Assembly (NCBI RefSeq): GCF_002105155.1
Contig: NW_019028981.1
Location: forward strand, 1,426,001-1,490,000
Length of the DNA: 64,000 nt
Direction: 5' to 3'
DNA from: Lobosporangium transversale
Taxonomy: Eukaryota
This document shows positions 1 through 12,773 of this stretch, in pieces. A program made the translations under genes and the position numbers. The notes under the pieces were generated by a model, which had not been told where the DNA came from, made no database searches, and worked only from the letters and a program-made list of their open reading frames with translations. Within the stretch, counting starts at the first letter, position 1; the number at the start of each line of letters is the position of its first letter.

Positions 1-139
1 TGTTGTTATCGTTACATTATTACCATTATCAATGTTATTATATCCTTTTTTGCAAGTGTCAATGCAACTCAGTATAAAACATAAGGACAAAAGACTGATC
101 CATGGTTTGAATTCTTTATACTGTTTGTGTACCATTTAG

Positions 140-274
140 GATATACGATGTTAGCAAACAAATTGTCGGCGGCGTTGTTATCCACTCACTCAATCTCTTG
201 GCAGCCACACTCTTTGGACTTTCTTCTGAACAAAAGGATTCCAACCCATGCATCTGGTAAGTTCAAAGACCTAT

Positions 275-311
<37 letters not shown>

Positions 312-1174
312 CCGTCTCTGACCTATTGGATCTTGTCCTTTTACTCTACCCCTTGAAAACAAAAAATTAAAACCCAATTGAAATTGACTCGATAGGTATT
401 TCTTGAACATCTTCTTGGATACAACATTCGGAGTGGGAGTTTTATATCTGTTCCTCAAGGCAGCAGACATGTATTTCATACATGCTAGGATGGATGAATT
501 GAAAACTGGAGATTATGGAAACCCACCACAGTTTGAACGCTGGTGGAAACAGACCCTTGTCTTTTCTACAGGATTGATTGTCATGAAGATCATTGTCGTA
601 ATCGTCTTGACCTGGGTAAAGATTTTTTTTTTTTCCTCTTATTTGATTTGATTGAGACAGGAAAAAAAAAAAAAAAAAAGAAAGATGTTTGACCAAGACT
701 TTTTTTTTTCTTGAAAAAATGTAACAATAGCCTTTCCTTTTCACATTCGGCGAGTGGTTTTTGGGCTGGACATTACAGAATGAGAAGCTGCAGATTGTTT
801 TCGTAATGTTGATTATACCCTTGAGCATGAACATCGTTCAGTTCTGGATCATTGACTATATCTTGAAGCAGAAGCCAACCGAAAAATTCCCTATCCGGAT
901 AGACGAAGATGAGGAGGACCTCTATGGATTGGTGGGAGGTCTGGAGCGAAACTATGAAGAAGACGAGGATGAGGATGATGGGATGGATAGGACTGGTCTG
1001 AATACAGCGAATGATCTTCATTCAAGAGAGGAGCACGATAGAGTAGGTTCACATCACCATCATCAACAACCCTTGATAGACCGGCTAGAACTGGAGACAG
1101 AAGAGAACGTAGCGTCCAAACATAGAGATTCTGAGTATGGGCAATTCACTTCAGGGTCAACAAGGAGGCTTTGA
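140..1174 (+). CDS. STIMATE/TMEM110-family (vacuolar membrane) protein, 5'-partial; exons 140-256, 396-615, 731-1174
   Basis: Spliced translation gives (W)IYDVSKQIVGGVVIHSLNL..NPCIWYFLNIFLDTTFGV..GDYGNPP..WWKQ..QIVFVMLIIPLSMNIVQFWIIDYILK. GT-AG introns join in frame. Confidence 0.85.
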
Positions 1175-1229
1175 AATAATCCAAATCAAAAATATGATCA
1201 TAATGGACTAACAGACCCATCCAGTGAAC

Positions 1230-1262
<33 letters not shown>

Positions 1263-1533
1263 AAAAGAGAAAAAGAAAAAAAACTTCATACCATCTTTTA
1301 GTTCTTGATAGAGTAGCAAAGAGGAGAGGAAAGAGAAAAAAGATGTTGAAAATGACCTGTACAGTACTTGGCCCACAGTAAAGGCGCACTATAAAAACAT
1401 TTATTCTTTTTTAAATCTGCAACATGTTATATTATTTGAAACACTTGTGCCTAAAGTAAGAAATCAGTAAAGTCATATGGAAACATCAACTAGCCGTTGA
1501 AAAAGTTTTTTTTTCATTTTCATTTTCATTTTT

Positions 1534-2562
1534 TTACTTCTTTTTCATGATGATCCCCAAGCCATCGAATGCAGGTAGAAGGACCACGGTTGCACGAGGA
1601 TCATTGACGACATGTTTGTTAAATTTATCAATCTTATCCCCGACAGCTTGCTTGTAGGCTGGATCATTGAATTTTATGGATTGTTGTGAAAGAGTTAATG
1701 ATGGCTTTGTAGTAGCAGTGGTGTCAACATCAGAAGCAGCAGCAGTGGAACCAGTAGCTTTGTGTCTCTTATCCGCGTCCAGAACTAGGCCATAGTAGAG
1801 GGTATTGTCTGCGAGGATGTAACCGTTCTCGGCTAACATGTCGTTATCCATAATGAAATCATAGTACTTGATGTAGCCTCCTTTATCAGCGTCTACAGTT
1901 AAGAAAAAAATAAAAACCAGAATTTATAGATGTCAGCTTACAATCCCTTCCAATACTTGAGAAGGCAAGTCCATTCAGATCGGATTCAAGTGTCTATTAC
2001 CAAGAAATATAGCATCAAACTTGATGTTTTTCTTGGCTAGTTCTTGTAAACTGCTCATGGCAGGGCCTTTCAACAGCTGTATATTGGCAGAATTAGAAGA
2101 AGAGTGATAGCCATGCTCCTTGAACAGTTCTTGAGATAGCTCTGCAGCTTTGGAGTCAATCTCACAAGTGTACAGAGTAGAGCCTACAGGCATGCCGTCG
2201 GCCATGGCCATGGCACTGTATCCCATGAAACATCCCAGCTCAAGCACATGTTGAGGTCTGGTTATCTTCATAAGGAATTGAAGGAACTGGCCTTGAACCA
2301 TTGGGACGGCTAAGTGTGAAGCTCTGGGGTAATGCTTTAGAATTCGAGCACGGAGTTGGGTGTATTTGTCGGGTACAGGGCTCGAGTGCTTCTCACTGTA
2401 GAGGCAAAGAGGGTTAGTCATTTGAGAACCAACAAGGCAACTGCTGTGGAAGGATCGACCCACGTATTGTTGTTGTTGATGTTGTCCTTGAGCTACTAGG
2501 GCTCTTGACGCATATTGAAGGACCAGTGTAGCTCTGTTTAGCTTGGTTGCAAGAGAGGCCAT
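1534..2562 (-). CDS. Class I SAM-dependent O-methyltransferase (CCoAOMT/COMTD1-like); intron 1893-2000
   Basis: Motifs QGQFL, VLELGCFMGYSA, FDAIFL|DADKGGY, LADNTLY and LPAFDGL. The basic N-terminus may be a mitochondrial presequence. Confidence 0.9.
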
Positions 2563-2807
2563 TGTGAATAGATCAGGTTGTTTTGTAACAACACAACAGT
2601 GCGTACAAAGGGGAAAGAGCCACTTTATCTTTAATCAATTGGTTCCTGCCAAGCCATCAAGGAAAATAGCTTGTTTACGTGACTTCTGTATTATAAATGT
2701 AATTAGACGCTCATTGGTTTTGGTGAAGTTCCACTGTAATCAAGATAAGCATTGTACTATAGTTCTCTAGTACTGCACTGGCATTAACTCCTTTCTTTGA
2801 ACAGGCA

Positions 2808-5391
2808 ATGCGGGATGAATGTATTGGAAGTATTGTTCCGCGAGTGGCAATCTACACCTCTATCGCCTATCTGGAACTCGTGGATGATAGCGCTTTAGAA
2901 CTATGTGCTGATGCAAGCATCACGCTACCCCATTTTCGCAGCAATACCGAGGAAAAAAAGCTGTGTGAAAACATCGCAAGCGGCTGACTCCAATTTTCAC
3001 AGCAATTTGAAAGACTGGGGTGTCCAGAGCAAGCTCGGGATGGGATAAGCAAGCCCGGAAGTTGGGATGAAAGTGCTCATGGTCCTCAATGGAACCAATA
3101 TCAAGCGGGAGCACGGAAAATCCTCAAGAACTAGTTTTTTGCGATCCTTTTAAGAACTGAAATTGCAATCATCCCTACTGACATTTTTGACAGAGACATA
3201 CCCCTTGCCATCATTCGACCTAATTTGCCGAACCTCTGGGGAGAAACTCACCGATACTCATCAGCTTGTATATCATCTCACCTTCCTACCTTCCTCCTAA
3301 ATACTTCTCTGGCGATAACTGACTCTACAGCTCCCGAAAGAAAAGACAGCGGCGAGCTAGAGCAGCTGAATAGCTTAGTGGCTGGTCTCCTAACCATGTT
3401 CATCAACGATAAGGCCAAGACTGAGGCTACTATCACTGAGGTTGTGATGCTGGCTCCACCATTCCTTAACACAAGTTGCGGGAAGAAAGGATGTAGCTTT
3501 TCACACAATAGACTATACTCGCACCAACTCTTGAAAACAGCTCAATAGTTCTTTATGACAATTCCACATGGCAAATTATTTTCACCATAAACACCCGAAA
3601 TAGTCGCAATGATGGACACAACTTTTCATACTTGCCAACCAATCCGCATTCTGCCGTTTGGAATGATGAACATATGGTTCTTTTGAGAAATACAGCATCA
3701 GTTGACATACTTTTCAAGGACACGCAAATAAAATACGTTGCCTTATCTACTCTCCTGACGGATAGCGGCTCGTTTCAGCCAGGAATGGCCGTATAGCGCA
3801 TGTGTGGGATGCAATGTCCGTCTAACTCATTTATCTATTAAAGGATCATACTGGCCCAACCCTCAGCATGGCCTATTCCCATGGCGGAAGCTCTTTTGTA
3901 ACTGCTAGTGAAGACAAATCGGCGCGGTTATATTCACAATCAAGACAATAGCTATATTTACTATGCCATAGAAAAGGTGTTTACCAAGTTGCGTGTTCAC
4001 TTAACGGATACAGTCGTTCATTGCAAGTGTGGACTTTAGGGATTAATAAAAAGTGGATAATAGAGCAACTGGAGCATGATCACGTCAAGGGTTTTCAATA
4101 TTCTCCTAGCAGGAATTCATTACTTCGTTCACCTCCGAAAAGGCGCTCCTATGTGACATGGTCACAAGGAAAACTATGAAGACCTTAGAAGGCCATCGCG
4201 GCTAAATCATCGACCTGAAATATTCACCTACCGGAGATCAGGTTGTAACCTGCGGAATAGACAACACGCTTAAACTTTAGGATGCTCGGTCAGAGCAACT
4301 AACCAATGCCTTGAACAGCCACTCTGAGCGCGTGAATTGCGTGGCATTTTCACTTGACGGTCATCAGATCGCATCCTTCAGTAAGGACAAAACGGTTCGT
4401 TTGTGGGACACCCAATCATGACAGCCAAGCCAGTTCATATGGTCAGACGACATCGATCCTCCACGTGAGAATTTCGCCAGACGGGAAGCATATCGCTTCA
4501 TGCAGCTTTGACGGTGCAGTGTACGTATGGGATGTAGCTACAGGTCAACTAATCTGTACTTTAAAAGGTACAATAAGCTCTGCATCAGACATCAAGTACT
4601 CGCCAAAAGATCTACTACTTGCCTGCGTAGGCGGTGGCTCAAGGGCCTGTCTTTGAGAGCTCCAAGCCAGCCCGGTCCTCAACATGTCGGGGTCACAAGT
4701 AGGCGAAGGCAATTACCATATTGTCGTAGAGTTTTCGCCATGCGATGTTCAAATCGCAGCTGGCCATAGGGATGGGGCGGTAAGTGTATGGGGCACGTAG
4801 ACTAAGGAGCCTATCCACACTCTATAAGGCAAGAAAAGCATGCTAGAAGGTGTGATATTTCCTCCAGATGGACAATTGGCCACTTTGTACAACAAATGTG
4901 GCACAATCCGCCTGTGGAAACCGCAATCAGGGGATTGCCTAAATACTTTGAAAGGTTTGGTTGGAGACACCTCAAGTTTATATGGTGTTTTCTTCAGCCA
5001 GTAAAAGGATTATTTCAGTATCTTGTGGTGTACTTGACGGATGGAACACAGAGACAGAGAGTGCTATCGCGAAATGGTATTTGGACCTGCTAAAACGACA
5101 GCGATATTTTCGCCGTATGACCAGTATATCGCCGTTGATTGTAATGATGGATCAGCTCATGTGATGGGTACTGATTTAATGCAAATAGGACATATACTTA
5201 AAGGACATACCAGCAATATTCGTTCCATGGCTTATTCGCCTGATGGTCAGTATATTGCTTCAGGCAGTGAAGACATGACAGTGAGACTATGGGATTCTCA
5301 GTCAGGTCAGTGCTTGTCTACTATCCCCCACGCTGTGCCGTTACGACCTATGGCATCGGACGGCAAACTTTTTTCTTTTTTTCTTTCTTAG
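2808..5391 (+). pseudogene. Decayed NLR-like (Arm-like/WD40) gene; no NACHT domain visible
   Basis: N-terminal fragments (ALELCADA, IFDRDIP..LP, KLTDTHQL, FINDKAKTEATITEVVMLAP) resemble Mortierellaceae NACHT-WD40 proteins. They are followed by many WD40 repeats (e.g. LKGHTSNIRSMAYSPDGQYIASGSEDMTVRLWD) broken by stops and frameshifts. Confidence 0.75.
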
Positions 5392-5889
5392 TTCGCGTCG
5401 AATTGTTTACTGTTTGTACGACATGGGTCTATTTACCAATGATCGCATAACTCTGGCCTATTATGGCGTTTATATCACGTGTTCTGTAACGTTCATTTCT
5501 CTTTCACGCCGACCATTATCTGGACTCTCTCTTAATTTCTCGATTATTCATCTTTAACCCGGGAAGGATCGCAAAATCGGTTGCTTCAAGCGGTGTCAAT
5601 GCCCTGTCTTTGAATGAGGTAATGCGTGTTAAGGAATATGTACTGCGATAGAGCGCAGCTTATTTTTCAACTATTACAGCCTGCACATTTATCGGAGATT
5701 ACGTGAAAATATGCAACAGTATATCCCGAGAGTGCCATTAACACGCAGCTCTATTTGCCTTGGCTTCTCCTCCATAGGGAACAAATGTTGGGAGCTCGTC
5801 TCCCCACCAAAATCGGCTACGAAGGATGTCAGGTACATTTCCTTGATTCATAAAAATCAAAAGTAATATAGTAACCTCCATATCATTTA

Positions 5890-5921
<32 letters not shown>

Positions 5922-6699
5922 CGAATTAGCAGGACCTTTGCTTTCAAAGATTGACATCGCTAAAAATCAATCTCAATCAGTATCTAATGGTTAGTCAGAG
6001 TCTACAGCACTGTGGTACTGATATAATTTATTTCATATGATGCATGTATCATTAATAATTGAGCATATCCACTGTATGAAGCTACTAGTACTAAAGCAAT
6101 ATCAGGACCTGTTCGCTTACCTGGTACGCCTACTCCAATTCGACTAGACCAAATTTCATTAGCTCTGGCAACATAATCCCCTCGCTTCAACGACAACAAG
6201 AAACGTAAAATTAATGATCGAACGGAACATGAAACTCCAATCGGTCTTACTCTATCGCAATGTTCACCTGCAGGATCCCCACTGCAATATGTTTCGTTAC
6301 ATACGCCACCACGGCGGCACTTGAGTGTTAAACAGCCCACCACCAACCTTTCCGACTGAAAAATATTTTGCAGATAGATCGTCAGCAGTAGAAAAAGTAA
6401 GTGAGATTAAGATGTGGGTCCACACACCACACCCATGGGGTATTTATTCATTTTCTGGTAGAGTGACCTGTACCAGGTAACTACATATCTATCTATAAGA
6501 TCACATGGGTTCATTCAAAAACCCTCATGATTTATCGCGTCTTTGTACGACACGTTATCGACACTAATTTCTACTGTTAATTTTTTAGTATATTAATTTT
6601 GGTTGGGAATTTCCCTAGTATTTTATCATAAGTTTTCTTGGTATTTTTCCTAGTTTTTCTAGCCACGCCATCACTATATTGCATACTATGAAATATGCA

Positions 6700-7615
6700 A
6701 CACCGACCTTCTCCCATCAGATTCTATTGATGGATCATTTACTGATTTCGAGGATCAGCATCAGCCGGAAGCCAAAATGTTTGCCTATAATTTTTTGGAT
6801 GGAGATGGGCGTGCTGATTCGATTGTAGAGGAACATTGGGTACACAATAACATCGATATTAGCAAGGCCCTTCTAGAATTTCGCAGTCGAGTGGTGGAAA
6901 ATAACTTTGGGCTAAGTCAGCCCATGAAAAGTTGTAAGTGCATCACGTGTGGTTTCTATTTACATGTTTACAGAGAGCTTTTTTTTTTTTACAATTCTTT
7001 ACTTCTTTGCAAATAGGGCCATAAATTTTATTTTTCTCCTTGAATCAGAACATCAGACAGGCGGTATACAAGGCGAAATTGATGACGATGCATGGGTGGT
7101 GCTTTGGCAATCGATAAGTCAACAAGACAGGTCTGTACTCTGCAGTGAAGTTGTAGCTGATATACATGGGTGGGCATGAATTTGTAAGAGCCTTTGAAGA
7201 AACACCACCAAAATCGATGATCTTGAAGCAAGTGCTTACTCGCCTTACAACCACTCGTGAGCTATGGTCTGGGGATGAGGAAAACGAGGCATCATTCTTG
7301 AAGAATATGCTGGCCCCATGTCTTGATGCATATTTCGGAACTATGCCCAACGTCAATACAAGATGGTAATTATACTTGTAATTGTGCTAATTGAGGAACT
7401 GCAATCTCGAAGTTAACACTATTTCTTTAATATAGGAGCATAACTCTGGATGAGACAAGAGGAATGGGGTCTCGTCTCTTAATACCCGACTATACTGTCA
7501 CAGTATCAATTGGGTCACAAAGTTACTCTTTGTTGCATTTAGAAGGAAAGGCAGTCAAAAATACATGCGCAAAAGAAGAAAAAATACATCTAGCATGTAT
7601 TTATTGTAAATGCTC
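6700..7615 (+). pseudogene. Truncated, frameshifted member of the PD-(D/E)XK-like family (paralog of 54755-56981)
   Basis: Same intron junctions as the intact copy: AAGTT|gtaag..ag|GGCCATAAA (KL/AIN) and R-TG|gt..ag|G. It carries IPDY (7485) and LEGK (7542). Internal stop and frameshifts present. Confidence 0.7.
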
Positions 7616-8567
7616 ACTGATAAATGCTGTTTGAGAAATCAAAAACAAAAAAAGTAGGAACTGGGTAAGAGAAATGAACATTAGATAGATATTAGTAGGA
7701 GTTCACTCTCTCCTGAGAGTAACCACATCACAAGTCGTCGATGGTTGCGTGGCAGATAGATCACCGCTGGTCCCTGAGGAAGAAGCTCATGTGCATCGCG
7801 CGCTGGGGGGCGAATTTGGCAGATACTTCTCAAGTTGTGAAGATCACAGGGAAACGGTCTCAATGAGCTCTACCGTTCCATGTCTTTCTTGTTTTTTTTT
7901 TTTTCTTTATTGGTTTTGCCACTGCGAAGTACACTTCCTTACAAGTCTTTGAAGTGACGGAAAAATACAGACTGTCGGTCAAAGTTTTTTTTTACGAGCA
8001 TGTTTCTCATCGAAAGACAGTGTCACTGTCAAACAGTTTTTTATATTTTGGTTTATTTATTTCTTTATAAATTGCTATGATGAGGATTGAAAGTCTTAAT
8101 GGCTAAAGTAGGCTATGGTAATGTGGTAAGAAAAGAAAAAAAGGAAAAGAAAAAGAAAAACAAGTTCAAAGGAATCCATTCAAATGCCACAATTTAGAGT
8201 GATAGGCGAATATGCTCCAAAAAAACTCCACCAGTGCCAATCCTCCGCTTTCCATTACCAGCCATAGGAGCCATAAGCACCATTACCTTCTTCCCATTCG
8301 CTAACCTGTGGTGGTTTTTTTTATAATCGAATAACAATAGTAAAAGTAAAAAAGAATAAATAAATAAATAATAATAATAGTAATAATAATATAAAAAAAA
8401 AAGAAAAAAAAAAAGAAAAAAGAAAAAAAGCGAATGATAGAGTGAGTATGCTTAGTTCGTGTTTGAGTGCTTGGGTTGTGGAAGCGTGTAAACAAAAATA
8501 TACCAAGACATCCTCCAATCTACGAAACACCAGCAAAAGCGTAAAAAATCTCCTTTTCAAGCACTAT

Positions 8568-11187
8568 TTATATCTCTCCTGGTTCGTGCTCTGAAATATT
8601 TCCATGCTCCGGACCATCTTCAGATGAGAGTGTCCATGATGACCCAATGTATTCATCGTTGTTACCCACCTTGGGTTCTTCACCCCAGCCGTCTGTGCGA
8701 CGAGGAGATGCTGCGGGGCGAGGGGAAGCTGCACGACGAGGAGAGGCTGCGCGACGAGGAGAAGCTCCATGTGATTGAGAGCGCGAGCGAGAGGGACGCT
8801 CACGTGAGATGCTACGTCGGCGGGGAGGGGAACGAGATCGAGAGGGGAGACGACGAGGCGATGGTGATCGACGGCTGTTACCAGCACGACGAGGTGAAGG
8901 AGAGCGGCGTCGAGGAGGAGTTCTGGAACGGGAGCGTGCACGGCGTACAGGGCTACGGCTGTCCCTGCGGCGACGCACAGGTGATCGAGAGCGCGAGCGT
9001 GAACGTGAGTAGCGTCGTGCACTGATTTAGTACACAAATGAGAGTAGATGATTAGGCTTTTTTTTTTTTCTTTTTCCCTGAAATAAATATAAGCTCGCTC
9101 CCACATGTTCTATTGTGTTACCTTGGGCGATATCGGTCAGCTGATCGGGAGCGGCGGCGATCTCCACGACCACTTTGTCTAGAGGCAGTAGTAAAGCAAA
9201 TTAAAAGAATACGAATATAAGTTAATCATTTCGTTCCTGGAGTAGTTTATAGAACTTTCCGTGATGGGTCTATCACTTTGCTTCACTTGAGAGGAGAACA
9301 ACCAGACGCATAGGGATTGACTATGATAACTATTTACCCTCTCATCTGATTAGGAGCTAATAAAGAGGTTTAAAAAAAGATAGAGTTAATGTTTCTGTCT
9401 GAAGTATCCTTCGACTGAACAGCTGATGACTATCATGTCTATACTTACTCTTTCTCCTTCCTTGTGCATATTGAATTTCAAGTTTGCGACCATCAAGAGT
9501 AAACGACTCGCCTGATTCGTAGACGCGACGCGCATCCTCCTCATCATAATATCTGACGGTGGAAAAGAAATGATGGAGAGGTGCGAAAGTACGGATTATG
9601 GTGAGGAGGGGGAGGATAGATATTAGCAATCAACTTGAGGATCACGCGCACACCTGAATAACTCGCTTGAGAAAGCTTCTCTTGCATCAACACTTCTGAC
9701 TCGCTTCTTGACGAATATAAGAAAGAAAGGAGATAGAAGAAGAGATCGCTCTTGTAACTGCATATTGTCCCTCCTTATTTTTGAAGAAAAATTCTTGTTG
9801 ACGTCAAGCTGGGAAAGAACCATCCCCCTTGTTCAAGATTGCGGTTATCAGTTGCCCCAAAGAGCACTGATCACCTAATCGCCAGGGCAGTTTTATGTGG
9901 ACGAATAGCAGTTACACCCTTGCAAATGCGGATGTCTTTGGCGGCTCGCTTGAACACGGTACATGAATAAATTTTAAGGAAACAGCTTGACGTTTGTTGC
10001 TTGCATTATCGGCTTGAAACACTTCCCGTCCCCATGTCCCATATACTGATATTGCCTTGATTCCTTAAACTATTCCCTTTTTTTTTTTTTTTTTTTTTTT
10101 TGAATATGCAAAATGACCACAAATATCTTGGCTTGACTTGAGGAGTGAAAAATCTCATGAAAAATCACCACCAAGAAAAAAATAAAGAAATAAGAGTAAA
10201 CCCATTATGAATGATGGACTGAGAATAACAATGACAAAAAAAGGGAATAAACGAGAACCAAAGAACAAGACAACTGAATGCAAGGAACGGGAATACAGTA
10301 AACCAAACAGTGGTTGGAAAACAACAACGCACGGGTGATCTATTTGCACATTTGCAATATAGCAAGTTCCTTTTTTTTTTATCAGTATTGTCGACGCTCA
10401 TTTGCTTAGTTCTCTTGTCCCCTCCTCTCCTCAACAGGGATTTTTCCTCTTGCCGAGATCGTTTTCCACTCATTAAGTTTCCTATCGTCCCGTTTTTTTT
10501 TTTTTTTTTTTTTTTTTTTTCCTAATTGGCCATAAGATATCTCCCCTGTCCTGCCTTCTTATATTCCTTTTGAATGTAAACACTTGTGGGATCCCTCTTA
10601 ATCACTTGGGTGTACTCGAGGCTTTTTTTCCCTCTCACTCCGCTCTTCTTTCTTTCTTTTTTTCTATGAGTTGATAACCTGTCAAAAATAATTATAACAG
10701 CAAAATAGTAGTAAACATACTGAACATATGCAAAACCACGAGGACGACCAGTGTAGTAATCTATCAAAGTCCATCCAGACGACACATGTTATAAAAGAAA
10801 TGCCAGCATAAAATAAAAGAAAAAAATCTTTTGTTAGTATTTTCACACAGACACCAGCGCATGATTTGTACATTTGCATGAAAGAGCTTGGTGTCCTGTT
10901 CTTCCGAGATGTCATCCTGGTATGACGCGTCCATCACTTTGCATTGCCGTAACATTTTTTTTCTTTTTACATCATGTTGACTCACCTTTTGGGATATACA
11001 CTGAGATTAAGAAAAAGATGATCCAGAAAACAATAAAAAAAAAAAAAAATCCACAATTTAATAACAAATAATATTTTAAATACACAACGCATGAATATCC
11101 TTGAGAAAGCATTAAAGAAGAATTATCTCTTTTACCATCAGCAATTCGACCATGAGGTTCAAAGAGAGAAGCCAAATCGCTAGGACT

Positions 11188-11218
<31 letters not shown>

Positions 11219-11417
11219 CGTGGTATCACGTTTGAAACGATGAACTGTTAGAATGAGCTTAAACTTGTCATACATGTTAAGCTTGGCTGAATGTCATTTG
11301 CTTAGCTTTTTTTTTTTTTTTTTTTTTCTCTTTTCTTCATTATGATTATTACCGAGTGCTATCCTTGAACCCGCTAACATGAAGCGAGACCGAGTTGTCG
11401 TTGCGGTCGCGTGGCAT
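8568..11417 (-). CDS. SRSF10: SR splicing factor, SRSF10/SRSF12 (plant SCL)-like; about 8 exons including 15-nt (10986-11000) and 19-nt (9338-9356) micro-exons
   Basis: Spliced RRM reads SLHVSGFKDSTR|PSDL..GRIAD|VYIPK|DYYTGRPRGFAYVQ|YYDEEDA..LEIQYAQGRRK|TPNQMR, followed by an RS/RSP domain. Confidence 0.88.
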
Positions 11418-12455
11418 TGTCTTTCACACACGAAAAAAATAATCAAACAAAGCGTATTCTTTTTTTATCTTCTTCTTCTGTATATTAAAAAAAAAAAAAA
11501 AAAAAAGCTCTCGTCCTGAATACTGAATCCGATGAAGAACCAATGATGTGAAAGAGAAATGAAAACAAAAGAAGGAAAGATCAGAATCGCTTCAATCCGA
11601 AAAAAAAAAAAAAGAAAGCACTCTTAGAAACCTCCTCAACAGAGTCCTGCAATTCTATCAAAGCCACTTCAGACAAATGGCTTTTTTTTTGCCTGTGTGT
11701 TTACGCACCGACTCTGAACTATGTTATGGCAGCTCAATGAAGGATCATAAACTTACTCCATCATCCTTTATCGAATCGCTTTGAAACACCTATAATGTCC
11801 CATACCCGTATCTTTGACTTCCTCCTATACTCATCAATGGAAATGAGCTTTTTTTTTCTTTCTTCTTCTCTCCTCACAACATGCGTGTGGATACATCATA
11901 TCTGCAGATACTGAATGTCATCACAGCTCTAGTCCTCCCACTTCTGTCTAGATGCAGAGTTTCACATCACCAATTCAGCATAACAAATGACTCAAATGGA
12001 GCAGCCAGAAAAAGCTCAACATTAATCGCGTCTTTTGAAACTAAGCCACATGTGGATTGTGTGCACCAAAACTTGAGAGAGTTGCATGAAGCCAGTCCTA
12101 CTCATTGACCGACCATTTGATTAATAAAAACCTGTTTCTTTATTTTGGACTTGACGCCCAAGCGCAATACTGAGTGTCCATACTGAAGCTTCCGTCTCTT
12201 CCCAGAAGTTTTAAGGTGTTTCTTCCAACACGTCTGTTTTTTTTAAAAAAAATAAATAAATACAAGATATACTTTGTATTGAACAGACATGTCCATGGAA
12301 ATGAATAACTACCTTTATTGTTAATAGACTCTCAAGGGGCTGATTGGGGTTGAAATTGGGATGGGGAGCTGTGGGTATGACATAGAAAAGTGGTTTTTTT
12401 TTTCTTTTTGTTTACTTAAACAAGAACAAGGGCATAAAGATTCTCACTCCTCAGT

Positions 12456-12773
12456 TTACTCATGTCCATATCCATGCTCATGCTTTGGACTTGTTATAGC
12501 GGCGAGTTCTGGGTCCTGTACTTGAGTATGTTTGTGATGTTCATGCTGATTCAGAATCACACTGTTATGGGTCGTATTATGAGCAGAGAGACCATCATGT
12601 TTGTCTGGATAACCCGAAGCATCCGTAGTGGTGAAAGCTGTAAGTAGTCCTGCCCGATGTGCCTGCGCATGTGCTTGTATGCCTGCGATGGTGGAGGATG
12701 CAGCTGGTGGATCCACGATAGCTGCATTATAGTCGGCAATGTGAGTTGTCTTATGGTTTTCGTGAGAAGACAT
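12456..12773 (-). CDS. Small His-rich hypothetical protein (105 aa)
   Basis: Uninterrupted ORF MSSHENHK...KHEHGYGHE, preceded by a pyrimidine-rich leader and a TATA-like sequence near 12885. No recognisable family. Confidence 0.5.
   Translation of the reverse strand: MSSHENHKTTHIADYNAAIVDPPAASSTIAGIQAHAQAHRAGLLTAFTTTDASGYPDKHDGLSAHNTTHNSVILNQHEHHKHTQVQDPELAAITSPKHEHGYGHE

Noticed and set aside
127..834. Short poly-Phe/poly-Lys ORFs here and throughout the window
   Set aside because: They are translations of intronic or intergenic homopolymer runs.
5400..6690. Short ORFs including PD..GEAK (5738-5947) as another nuclease fragment
   Set aside because: No shared intron junctions or flanking similarity with the family, so the motif is likely coincidental.
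9959..10540. Nested U12 AT-AC intron in the SR gene (ATATCTT at 10540, TTCCTTAAA at 9981-9973, AC at 9959)
   Set aside because: Both donor and branch site deviate from the U12 consensus, so chance is plausible. It needs intronIC scoring or junction reads.
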